Assembly: GCA_902762295.1 (NCBI GenBank)
Contig: CACWNX010000001.1
Span: 355,238 to 419,237 of the forward strand
Length of the DNA: 64,000 bases
DNA from: an uncultured Pseudomonadota bacterium
GTDB taxonomy: Bacteria; Pseudomonadota; Alphaproteobacteria; Rs-D84
Direction: 5' to 3'
Part shown: positions 50,701-62,259 of the stretch, piece by piece
Position numbering within the stretch: the first letter of the stretch is position 1
How the letters are laid out: every line of letters begins with the position of its first letter
Program-made: the position numbers and the translations under genes
Notes under the pieces: model-generated
What the model was told of the DNA's origin: nothing
Databases searched by the model: none
The model's input: the letters and a program-made list of their open reading frames with translations, nothing else

Positions 50701-51038
50701 CTACGACTGGTATTGACAACCCGTTAGAGTGTTTGTCTGCCATGAATTCGCTTGGTGCACAGTGTCAAAATGTGCTCACTATGAACGGTCAATTGGCAGA
50801 TTATGACAATAACTCTCGTCGCCAAGCTATTAATTTGGGGTCTGCTGTGGTAGGGGCGACAGCTCTTGGTATAACTGGTGGGTTGGCTGTTGCAAATAAT
50901 GTGAAGGCGGCGAATCGCCAAGAATTTACCGCGGCCCAGCAAGAGTTTATGAACAATGTTGGTAATCATATCTATTGCTTTATCGGTGCGGACGAGGCCG
51001 GTACCTATGGCGACCTGATTGAAATCAGCGTAGAATAG
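47703..51038 (+). CDS. Large exported Cys-rich protein with C-terminal glycine-zipper helices
   Basis: Signal peptide, Ala/Ser/Thr-rich leader, repeated C...Y..C.....CG..FE.C modules and two Gly-rich hydrophobic segments near the C-terminus. Confidence 0.85.
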   Translation: MKFLTTFIGFLPVLCVIQPSFADLRAGGSRVSVASATGRGSVASAADISAAAASRRIPTMISATTLASTAVVGSTTAANSSLMTDTECVDAYTECIRDPEVCGSEFEECTTSELFYAQKPKCNNVLLQCSSAGINTLFGTTSTANLATKNSNGEYVYPTAASVLGQFIEAGAINNRLDTSACVKRYTSCLKKESVCGNDFELCTTNSEFKKQKLFCESTLARCQDEGKTELFGSTNTSSNPTAASRLGILIKEGADLAAVNAVSTCYKVVDQCFLGACSENPYKCIVDSNSIISNITDAINEGRTLTPEQATAIADARTSAQVAAYIRNSCLETIGGNKYCYATFLGNGQMPTAAQLRDEDNRDEVYAEAYSARMNASMREKISQIADKFDKKTKDKCVDTIMSCAMRSCGGGLGSACYQLVFNTGARSDIGGSIAGDNTYQEIKTGCEAIVNTDVNCQYAAASANEQTFNYNYAESGTFGTVFPTSDTGKDPLGVVARLNGALAENYNDAAIERMGKQCRNTAVSCIRSLCGADFVNCYRNRTDVMSDTYDTGNANFDKSMNKLGGVLDFNIVRGLCVNTIKDADTCEEHLKIQMVKNYTGTNGKTGWGNKTSVRDAWVDAVKDGYKQTDSADTRVLMGCVIKKGTSKECDELAGNPNLIEDCGTVDENGCVYSEEYYMTETDYQFTMSVDTLFQEVLGDIEKEAQAKYNAKLTAEQHMCIDANSGGLMGNREMSGTYQWVKLKSKRIPKNYSTAGLKVNDFVASNDLYGSFCRARVTIQSDDPDIQSALQTKNQNWSTAYFAVGDVFTCGSWIPQEQLEKIAKKVACKKAVVAGTLPSGTNCDTDADIENIGLTTGQKWATAAAAIGGAGLGGVGGAYLADSLQSSNMLGGLLQRNRNSNQQNSRNVLAAQNCVQAFKSYNSAFERITEGGVKTETKDGVTTTTYSPAQLKAGEEAIKAMGETVNYASMIVNRQKASSDRAVAAFNNAYDTAKQCVDSTTGIDNPLECLSAMNSLGAQCQNVLTMNGQLADYDNNSRRQAINLGSAVVGATALGITGGLAVANNVKAANRQEFTAAQQEFMNNVGNHIYCFIGADEAGTYGDLIEISVE

Positions 51039-51062
51039 TAGATAACGGTTAGTGGTTGGTGA

Positions 51063-51090
51063 CGGGCGCGCGTTCGCGCCCGTTTCTTTT
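51063..51090 (+). terminator. Terminator after the Cys-rich gene
   Basis: ACGGGCGCG-CGTT-CGCGCCCGT followed by TTCTTTT. Confidence 0.7.
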
Positions 51091-51115
51091 GTTATGTCAC
51101 TATCCTGCTTTCCCC

Positions 51116-51229
51116 GTCATCCCGGCGTAGGTCGGGATCTTGTCAGTCTTGTTGTGAAACAAATAGATTCCGGCCTGAACCACCCAAAAATGCTTTCACA
51201 TTTTTCGGGACCCGATGCGCCGGGATGAC
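51116..51229. repeat. Inverted pair of dRS3/RPE-like REP elements
   Basis: GTCATCCCGGCGTAGGTCGGGATCT ... AGATTCCGGCCT[insert]GCGCCGGGATGAC. Confidence 0.7.
51177..51216 (-). mobile_element. ~40-bp hairpin mini-element, copy 3
   Basis: Reverse complement ATCGGGTCCCGAAAAATGTGAAAGCATTTTTGGGTGGTTC splits the REP GTCATCCCGGCGC|AGGCCGGAATCT. Confidence 0.7.
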
Positions 51230-51458
51230 TATTGTTGGGTGGTTAATTGTTTTTTTTATCCATTACGCTATCCACCGATGCCGATTCGGCAATTCGAATC
51301 GGTCGCGAATCGGATTTTTGCGGATTTTTATAAAAATTTTGCCGCCCATGGCGCAAAAATCTCTAAAAAAACCAAAATAAAAAATGCCGGATTTCCGGTG
51401 GTTTTTCTAAAAAATATCTGGTGTGTGGAAAAAATCCGAAATAATTGTGAAAAAATGC

Positions 51459-51487
51459 TTGACTTTTTTAGAATATAGGGTCATAGT
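51459..51487 (+). promoter_or_regulatory. rRNA operon promoter
   Basis: TTGACT-17 bp-CATAGT, preceded by an A-tract UP-like region. Confidence 0.6.
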
Positions 51488-51812
51488 ATACGGGCTTTCT
51501 AAGTTAGGGCGCAGAAAAACGCGAAGTCTAACCTCTGGATGGCGGAATAATCCGCAACATTGTGAATAAAAGCAGCTCATCAAAATGATTTTTGATGTTT
51601 TTCAAAAATCTGTTCAAGAAGAGATATGCAGACAGTTGAATTTGGAATTATCCAAACTTTGACTAAGTCAAATGTGCATATCCTAGACAGGTAGTAGGTT
51701 TACAAAGTAGACCTCGTTAAAAACTTGTCTTGCGAATATATAATATGTAAAGACGAACTGATATATGTCAGCTTTGTTTAATATGCACAGGACTTAAACC
51801 ACAGGTTTTTTA

Positions 51813-53316
<1,504 letters not shown>

Positions 53317-53435
53317 ATAGAGAATACCGTTTACACGAAAACGGTCAAATCCAAGTGCGACTGTCTGAATATCTCTTTTTAGAACAAAATTCTGGTATCA
53401 GCGGAATTACTGCCTGTTTCAGAATTTTTACGATT

Positions 53436-53512
53436 GGGTCAGTAGTTCAGTTGGTTAGAATGTCGCTCTGATACAGCGAAGGTCGAAGATTCGAGTTCTT
53501 CCTGACCCACCA
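53436..53512 (+). tRNA. tRNA-Ile(GAT)
   Basis: GGGTCAG/CTGACCC-ACCA; anticodon arm TCGCT-CTGATAC-AGCGA; located in the 16S-23S spacer. Confidence 0.93.
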
Positions 53513-53808
53513 CTTTTTTGATGAGGTTGGAATCAGAAACGGATAACCCGTTTATGATTCCAGATATTCCACGGATTATCCTCGGAATCTGCTTTTATAA
53601 GCAATATATTGTAAATCGGTTTTTATGTCACAAGTTAGATTTTCATAGAAATATGATTATCTGATTTGTTGAACATCGTAATCTCAAAAATCTTTCTAAT
53701 GAGTAATCACGAAAGTGGTAATTCAATTTAGATAGCAAGAATCAACTAATGCTTAAAAACTCATTTAAGTTCTTTTTATTGCATGAAGACTTTCTCTTCA
53801 AGCATAGA

Positions 53809-56487
<2,679 letters not shown>

Positions 56488-56565
56488 TCTTTCGTTTGGT
56501 TTTCCAAACGAAATGCTTGAAGAGAACGTTGTATAGTTGATTTATTATGATGTTCGCTGGATTTA

Positions 56566-56681
56566 TTCTGGTGATTATAGAGCGGGAGCCACCCTCTGTT
56601 CCATTCCGAACCAGACAGGGAAACCCCGTATCGCCGATGGTACTTTGGCTTAAGCCACGGAAGAGTAGGTCGTCGCCAGAA
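56566..56681 (+). rRNA. rrf: 5S rRNA
   Basis: TTCTGGTGA...CCATTCCGAAC...GCCGATGGTAC...GAGTAGGTCGTCGCCAGAA. Confidence 0.95.
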
Positions 56682-56701
56682 TAAATCCAGTAACCGTTTT
56701 G

Positions 56702-56724
56702 ACCGCCCAAGTGGCGGTTTTTTT
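56702..56724 (+). terminator. rRNA operon terminator
   Basis: ACCGCC-CAAGT-GGCGGT followed by a T-run. Confidence 0.75.
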
Positions 56725-56751
56725 AACCAATAAGAATACAGGGAGTTAAAA

Positions 56752-57006
56752 ATGGAATTTATCAAAACAGAAAAGATGGATTTGAGTAAAGTCATAATCG
56801 CTATTGAAAAAACAAAAAATGGTAATTATACCAAGAAAATATATAGTTCGTTATTGGATATGCCGGAATCAGAACGATTGGCATATATCGCCCAGGCGTT
56901 CGCAAAAATCGGTGAAAATCAACCAACCGCCGAAGAAACATGGACACGTATTTGTTTGGAACGCGCGCTGGATAGAAAACTTGCAAAAAACGTAAATCAA
57001 AAATAG
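56752..57006 (+). CDS. Small orphan protein
   Basis: SD AGGGAG, 84 aa, own terminator at 57011-57032; ends in NVNQK. Confidence 0.7.
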   Translation: MEFIKTEKMDLSKVIIAIEKTKNGNYTKKIYSSLLDMPESERLAYIAQAFAKIGENQPTAEETWTRICLERALDRKLAKNVNQK

Positions 57007-57087
57007 CATAACCGCTCTTTTGAGCGGTTTTTTGATTTTTAAGTTTTTTGTGGTATAATCATTACAAATTCCAAAAGGAACAATTTT

Positions 57088-57996
57088 ATGCAAGATTCAC
57101 CATTGTATAATCGCGCCAGTAAAAAATTTCATGAATATATGGAATTATTTTTGAATACAGGCCAGCCCGTGGGGTTGCCAGTGCATCGTTTAACATCGTC
57201 GGAATGGACAGAATTGAATAAATTATTGGCGGTGCGTGGAATTGCGCTGGTGCGTCAAAATTATAATGGTGGCGAATATATGTTTTTTACTAAATTAACA
57301 AAAGTGTTTCAAAACGCCACAAATGATGTTCGGCAACAAATTTTTAACCTGATAAAATCAAAATATCCAAATTTGCCCGATGCAAATATTGAAAAAATTG
57401 TTGATATGCACAATAAAACTGCGATTTATGATGTGTTGCGCCATAAACAGGGAAAACCGTACGATAGTCCATTAATTGATGAACACCGGTATGCGATTGC
57501 GTATGCCAATCGGACACGTTTAGAAAATAATCGTGGTTCGGTTCAAATGGGTGTTCCATATCAACACTGGACCTATGTCCGTAAGTTTTTTGGTAATGGT
57601 GGGCATAAAGCCAGTGATAGTGCCGGTTATCACATCAGTTTGAATGTGCCGGTCTCGTGGCAGGTTATAGATGCGCTGGACAATGTGTTGGCCAGAGATA
57701 TGGGACAAGTTATAAACTATTATAAATTTCCAACAGAAAATTATTATGATGAATGTGTGACGCGTTTTGACCCAATTACAATTTATACATATCGTCGTGA
57801 TCCGGTTATTGAAAAAATGATTGCCGATGCATTGGCACCTTATGCGCGTTCTAACGAAGGCTTGTTGGGTGAAATGCTGGGGCGCGGTGTGTGTATTACC
57901 CCCGAAATTCCCGGCGGGCAAATATCGGTTGGACAAAAAATTGCATATGAGATATCCGATTTAATTAAACTTAATAAAAATTCACATAATGTATAA
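57088..57996 (+). CDS. HopA1-like (T3SS effector fold) hypothetical protein
   Basis: Motif order YHISLNV..YKF..RFDPITIY..LGRGVCITPE..SVG parallels the HopA1-family R.Y.N..K..R.D..VLY..LAPG.G.AEEP..SFG. Has its own promoter (TGgTATAAT), SD and terminator. Confidence 0.5.
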   Translation: MQDSPLYNRASKKFHEYMELFLNTGQPVGLPVHRLTSSEWTELNKLLAVRGIALVRQNYNGGEYMFFTKLTKVFQNATNDVRQQIFNLIKSKYPNLPDANIEKIVDMHNKTAIYDVLRHKQGKPYDSPLIDEHRYAIAYANRTRLENNRGSVQMGVPYQHWTYVRKFFGNGGHKASDSAGYHISLNVPVSWQVIDALDNVLARDMGQVINYYKFPTENYYDECVTRFDPITIYTYRRDPVIEKMIADALAPYARSNEGLLGEMLGRGVCITPEIPGGQISVGQKIAYEISDLIKLNKNSHNV

Positions 57997-58110
57997 GGTG
58001 TTAAGATAAAAATCCGCTAAGTTTAGGCGGATTTTTTGTTGCAATATAGAATTTTTGTACTAATATTCCCTGTGAAACATATGTTAAACAATGAACAAAA
58101 AGTGATAAAA

Positions 58111-58287
58111 ATGAAAAAGTCAGATATTGTCGCTATGCGGCACCCAACATCAACCGAACCAGATATGGGTTTGTCAGAAGTAAAATCGTATGCCATAATT
58201 GTTTCCTTGGCGGATGCGGCAGAAAATGTGCGTATCGCACAAGAACGTTTTATAAGACAACAGATGGAATTATTCCATATGTTATAA
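58111..58287 (+). CDS. Small hypothetical protein
   Basis: Open frame downstream of a promoter-like TTGCAA..TAATAT; start uncertain. Confidence 0.4.
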   Translation: MKKSDIVAMRHPTSTEPDMGLSEVKSYAIIVSLADAAENVRIAQERFIRQQMELFHML

Positions 58288-58324
58288 ACATGCTTTTGAT
58301 AATAAATTATTTGAGGAATTTATT

Positions 58325-58729
58325 ATGAAGTCTTTGACCACAGAGGAAGCGAACCGTGTGCTTCTGCAAAGTTTAAAAAAAACAAAAAAACGCACATTTA
58401 ACGAAACAGGAATTTGTTTTGATGGCGATGTGTGGGCATTTCCAAATAATCACAAGATTTTTATCGGTGTAAATGATTATGATATGAATGATAGCACATG
58501 TTTTTTTGTAAAACGTGCGATGTTTCGTCATGAATTGCGGCAAAAAATTAACAATAATCGTATTGTATTGGGTGTTGGTAGTACGCTTTTGCTGTTTTGT
58601 GTGTTGTTTGGTGTGAGAGCATGTAAATTATTAAATAAATCGTCAGTAAAAAATAAAACTGAATACACTGTGAAATCTGGACAAAAATCGCCAAGTGCGG
58701 TTAAATTTATATATAATCGTCAAAGATAA
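58325..58729 (+). CDS. Orphan protein with one TM near the C-terminus
   Basis: SD GAGGA; hydrophobic IVLGVGSTLLLFCVLFGV; ends in YNRQR. Confidence 0.7.
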   Translation: MKSLTTEEANRVLLQSLKKTKKRTFNETGICFDGDVWAFPNNHKIFIGVNDYDMNDSTCFFVKRAMFRHELRQKINNNRIVLGVGSTLLLFCVLFGVRACKLLNKSSVKNKTEYTVKSGQKSPSAVKFIYNRQR

Positions 58730-58809
58730 ATTTATATTGACAACGACAATTTTTGTGTTATATTTTACCCTGTTGATGGATTTCATACAGGTAAAAAAAG
58801 GGTAAAAAC

Positions 58810-59133
58810 ATGAAAAAAACAATATTGATTTCTTTATTTGCTGCGCTGTGCGCAACAACTGCATCGGCGAATTATTACGGTTTTCGCACAAACAACTGTG
58901 ATTTGGCGGCGATGCACGCAGAATTAGAACGTGCGGTTCGTACGCATAAAACGGTTATAACCGAAGTTGTGTGTGATGCTGTGGTTCCGGGTGCCGAAAT
59001 AGTTTATGCAGAACCGGTTGAACCAGTTTATGTGACAGAATATGCACCGGTTGAAATAGATGCATCAAACATTCCGGTTGTTGACTGTGTTCCTGGGCCG
59101 ATTACATGCGGCTGCAACACCTGTGGTTGCTAA
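58810..59133 (+). CDS. Small exported Cys-tailed protein
   Basis: Promoter TTGACA..TATATT, signal peptide ending TASA, C-terminus CVPGPITCGCNTCGC. Confidence 0.75.
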   Translation: MKKTILISLFAALCATTASANYYGFRTNNCDLAAMHAELERAVRTHKTVITEVVCDAVVPGAEIVYAEPVEPVYVTEYAPVEIDASNIPVVDCVPGPITCGCNTCGC

Positions 59134-59232
59134 CCTTGGAATTTGATTTCGGGTATTTCTTTTTTGTGAAATTTACCTGTAGAAAGTTATAACAGTTTTT
59201 GCTAGCATTGCAAAAAATTGAAATCCATCAAC

Positions 59233-59898
59233 ATGCAAATTTATTCTGATAAAGTTCTTTATCTAATAGGTGGCCCGAATGGCAGTGGGAAAACGACACT
59301 GGCGCGGGAACTGATTGGTGATAATCCAAATATCACATTTCTGAATGCCGATGATATTGCGCGCGATTATAATGTGTCGCCGTTAAAGGCGGGTGCAATT
59401 TTGATGGACAAAATGCACCATGTTTTTTCTGTGCATGCCTCGTTTGTGTTTGAAACGACACTTTCGGGACGGTATCATAACAGCGTTATAAAATATGCAA
59501 AATCCGATGGGTACAAGATAGTGTTTCTGTATGTGTTTTTGTCATCGGTTGAACAGAATATTGCGCGTGTGCGTCAACGAGTTGCGCTTGGCGGACACGA
59601 TGTTCCGGAATCTACGATTCGTCGCAGATATTCAAAAAGTATTATGAATTTTGAACCGGTCGCAAAACAAAGCGACCAATGGGAATTATATTATAATGGC
59701 GGAACACAATATGAATTGTTGGCGCACGGTATTCACGAACAAGTCAGCATAATAAATAATCCAATGTATTCTGTGTTTATGGAACGCAGTGCAAAAATTT
59801 TATCGGATCATTTGTTAGAATTGGCGCAACGCGCCGCATGTCGTGCGCGAATAACTGCATTGAATGCGGGTGTTCCTGTTGTGATAGTAGAACGATAA
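59233..59898 (+). CDS. Zeta-toxin-like P-loop ATPase (COG4185-like)
   Basis: GGPNGSGKTT, NADDIA, FETTLSG, RV..RV..GGHDVPE..IRRRY. Confidence 0.85.
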   Translation: MQIYSDKVLYLIGGPNGSGKTTLARELIGDNPNITFLNADDIARDYNVSPLKAGAILMDKMHHVFSVHASFVFETTLSGRYHNSVIKYAKSDGYKIVFLYVFLSSVEQNIARVRQRVALGGHDVPESTIRRRYSKSIMNFEPVAKQSDQWELYYNGGTQYELLAHGIHEQVSIINNPMYSVFMERSAKILSDHLLELAQRAACRARITALNAGVPVVIVER

Positions 59899-60016
59899 TT
59901 TGTTGTTATTTATTTGATAACAAACTATATCATAGCATACTTAACCACTAAAAAAATACTTGCATTGGGTATACGGTTTTTTCTACAATCATTTTAAGTA
60001 AGGGGAGGATACTGCC

Positions 60017-60679
60017 GTGCAACACCGCATAGAACCGCCGATTTTGCTGTCAAGACTGATGCTGTTTGTGTTTGCTGCAACTGTGGTTGTGCTGTTTGTA
60101 TTATTTATGACGATGGAAAAAATGTTTCCGTTGAATCGTCCCCAGGTCTTTTTTGTCACCACACGACCCGAAGCGGATACTGTGGTTCAGGTTGTTGATA
60201 TGCCCGTCGATGATAGTAGTTTAGAGGTTTATAAACAGGCGTTTATTATGGAATATGTGCGCGCCCGTAACGAGGTTGAAAAAAACGCATCGGTTATGCG
60301 TCAGAAGTGGGGTAATGCAAATGGTTTGGTTGCGGCATGGTCTGCCCCAGATGTGTATGATAATTTTATAAAAACTGGATTGCCAAATGCGATATTGAAT
60401 GATTACCCAGATTTTGAATTTAATTGTCCTGTACGGTTTAAGGGCCGCCCGTTAAAGGTAAAGCCTAATCAATATTCGGTAAAGTTTGAATATTTCTGTG
60501 AAAATAATAATGGACAGACGATGAAGAAAGATTATACAATTCGTATAGGGTTATCTGTTGAAAACGGCGCGCGGGTTAAATGGAATCAACGATTGAATAA
60601 CCCACTGGGGATTCAGGTTTCTGAATATATACTGGATGGTGGTGGTGCAGACCCGCTGGATACGGTATATAGACAGTAA
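60017..60679 (+). CDS. virB8: T4SS inner-membrane protein VirB8
   Basis: Single TM, FI.EYVRAR, C-terminal RLNNPLGIQVSEY; upstream of virB9 and virB10. Confidence 0.85.
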   Translation: MQHRIEPPILLSRLMLFVFAATVVVLFVLFMTMEKMFPLNRPQVFFVTTRPEADTVVQVVDMPVDDSSLEVYKQAFIMEYVRARNEVEKNASVMRQKWGNANGLVAAWSAPDVYDNFIKTGLPNAILNDYPDFEFNCPVRFKGRPLKVKPNQYSVKFEYFCENNNGQTMKKDYTIRIGLSVENGARVKWNQRLNNPLGIQVSEYILDGGGADPLDTVYRQ

Positions 60680-60707
60680 ACGCGACAGAATGGAAGGAAA
60701 GAAAAAT

Positions 60708-62243
60708 ATGAAAAAATTATTATCTTTTTGTTTAATGCTTACCTTATGCTATGGTGCGCAGGCGGCTAATTATGGTGTCCAAAATGCATGGGAGAATCCA
60801 AATGCAAATATGGCAATGGGCAGTATTAAACCCGGCTATGCCCAATTGGCATGGGAAACGGGAACTGTGTTGCCGGTAAAACTGCGTAATAGTATGGTGA
60901 CAATGGTGAATTTGCCAATGGGTGAACAGATTGAAGACGCGATTGTTGGTAATGATGGATTCTTTTCAATTGATGCAACCCAGGGTGGGCGCACATTATA
61001 TATTACGCCGGCACCGGACAATATGGGGTCTGATACAAATATGATTGTGACCGGAAAATCCGGTAATGTGTATACTTTCTATTTGCGCAGCGAACCGTCA
61101 AATGCATCGGAAATCACATATTCCCAGGTTGATGTTGTTTTGGACAATAATGCACGTTTACCGGTTGCGTCTGGTGCGGTTGCAACGGCAAATACATCGG
61201 GAAATATGAATTCAATATTCAAAAAATCTGCGACAAAATCAAATACGCTTGGGGTTGACGGGGAAGATTATGGTTGGATAAAATCTATGAAAATTGATCC
61301 GTCTGAATTCCGGTTTGATTTAGATATATTTGTTCCAAATCCTGATGATTATGTAATTGCCCCGGAACGCGTGTGGCGCGATCGTGTTTTTACCTATATT
61401 GATTTCGGAGACAAAGTTATTTCTATGACTCAGCGTCCGGTTGTGTCGCTTTTGGTTGAAGGTGGTGAATCGCCGGTCGGTTTTCGTACCGATGGTCAAG
61501 ATGGTCGTTTGTTGATTGTAGAGGCGGTCGGTGATATGGTTCTGCGCAGCGGACAACGCATTGTGTGTATCAAGAAACGTTCAAAACCATTCTTGATTGC
61601 CGATACCGCCAGTGTTATGGCACTGGCCGAGGCAAATGTTGCGCAAAGTATGCTGTCGGGCCAGTCGTTGAATAATGTTTTATACAACAGTGATATGAAC
61701 GCAATCAACATGGGATATGGTAATCCAACCGCCAGTCCGATGTATATTGGTGATATGCCGATGATGCAATCGTCCACACCAATATCTGTGCCGATGCAGA
61801 TGCAACCTGGGGCAATGATAATGAATACCTATACAATGCCGTCGGGTGGTAATGGTACAACGATAAACATGTTGCCAACCGAACGTAATACCGCCGGTTC
61901 ATACCTGCCACAATCAAATATTCCAATCATCGGCAGTAATCAAACCGGGGTTGCGGTTGAATTGCGTTCTGATACCAGTGTAAAGGCATTAGATGATTAT
62001 TGGGCGGACCTGTTGGCGCGTTTCAGTGGTAATGACGGCAAGGGTTTATTGAATAAATACAAAGACAGTGTATTCTATGCGGTTGATGAACAGGGCGTTG
62101 GTGAATTAGGTTCTGCGTCATCGGCGGCGCGTTTATATCGTCTGCGCATTGGACCAATGCCTGATATTGATACGGCCCAGTCACTGTGTGACCAGTTGTT
62201 AAAGTTCAGCGGTGCCAGTTGCCAGGTCGTTCGTATTCAATAA
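60708..62243 (+). CDS. virB9: T4SS VirB9/TrbG fused to a C-terminal SPOR-like domain
   Basis: Signal peptide, TMVNLP.GEQI, TNMIV....GNVYTFYL, IAPERVW.D..FTYIDF. A Met/Pro linker is followed by YRLRIGP...DTAQSLCDQL...GASC.VVR. Confidence 0.85.
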   Translation: MKKLLSFCLMLTLCYGAQAANYGVQNAWENPNANMAMGSIKPGYAQLAWETGTVLPVKLRNSMVTMVNLPMGEQIEDAIVGNDGFFSIDATQGGRTLYITPAPDNMGSDTNMIVTGKSGNVYTFYLRSEPSNASEITYSQVDVVLDNNARLPVASGAVATANTSGNMNSIFKKSATKSNTLGVDGEDYGWIKSMKIDPSEFRFDLDIFVPNPDDYVIAPERVWRDRVFTYIDFGDKVISMTQRPVVSLLVEGGESPVGFRTDGQDGRLLIVEAVGDMVLRSGQRIVCIKKRSKPFLIADTASVMALAEANVAQSMLSGQSLNNVLYNSDMNAINMGYGNPTASPMYIGDMPMMQSSTPISVPMQMQPGAMIMNTYTMPSGGNGTTINMLPTERNTAGSYLPQSNIPIIGSNQTGVAVELRSDTSVKALDDYWADLLARFSGNDGKGLLNKYKDSVFYAVDEQGVGELGSASSAARLYRLRIGPMPDIDTAQSLCDQLLKFSGASCQVVRIQ

Positions 62244-62259
62244 GTATATTCTGGGGTGC

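Noticed and set aside
51273-51315. Palindromic CCGATTCG..CGAATCGG stretch upstream of the rrn promoter
   Set aside because: Single occurrence with no assignable function; the overlapping 87-aa ORF has no support.
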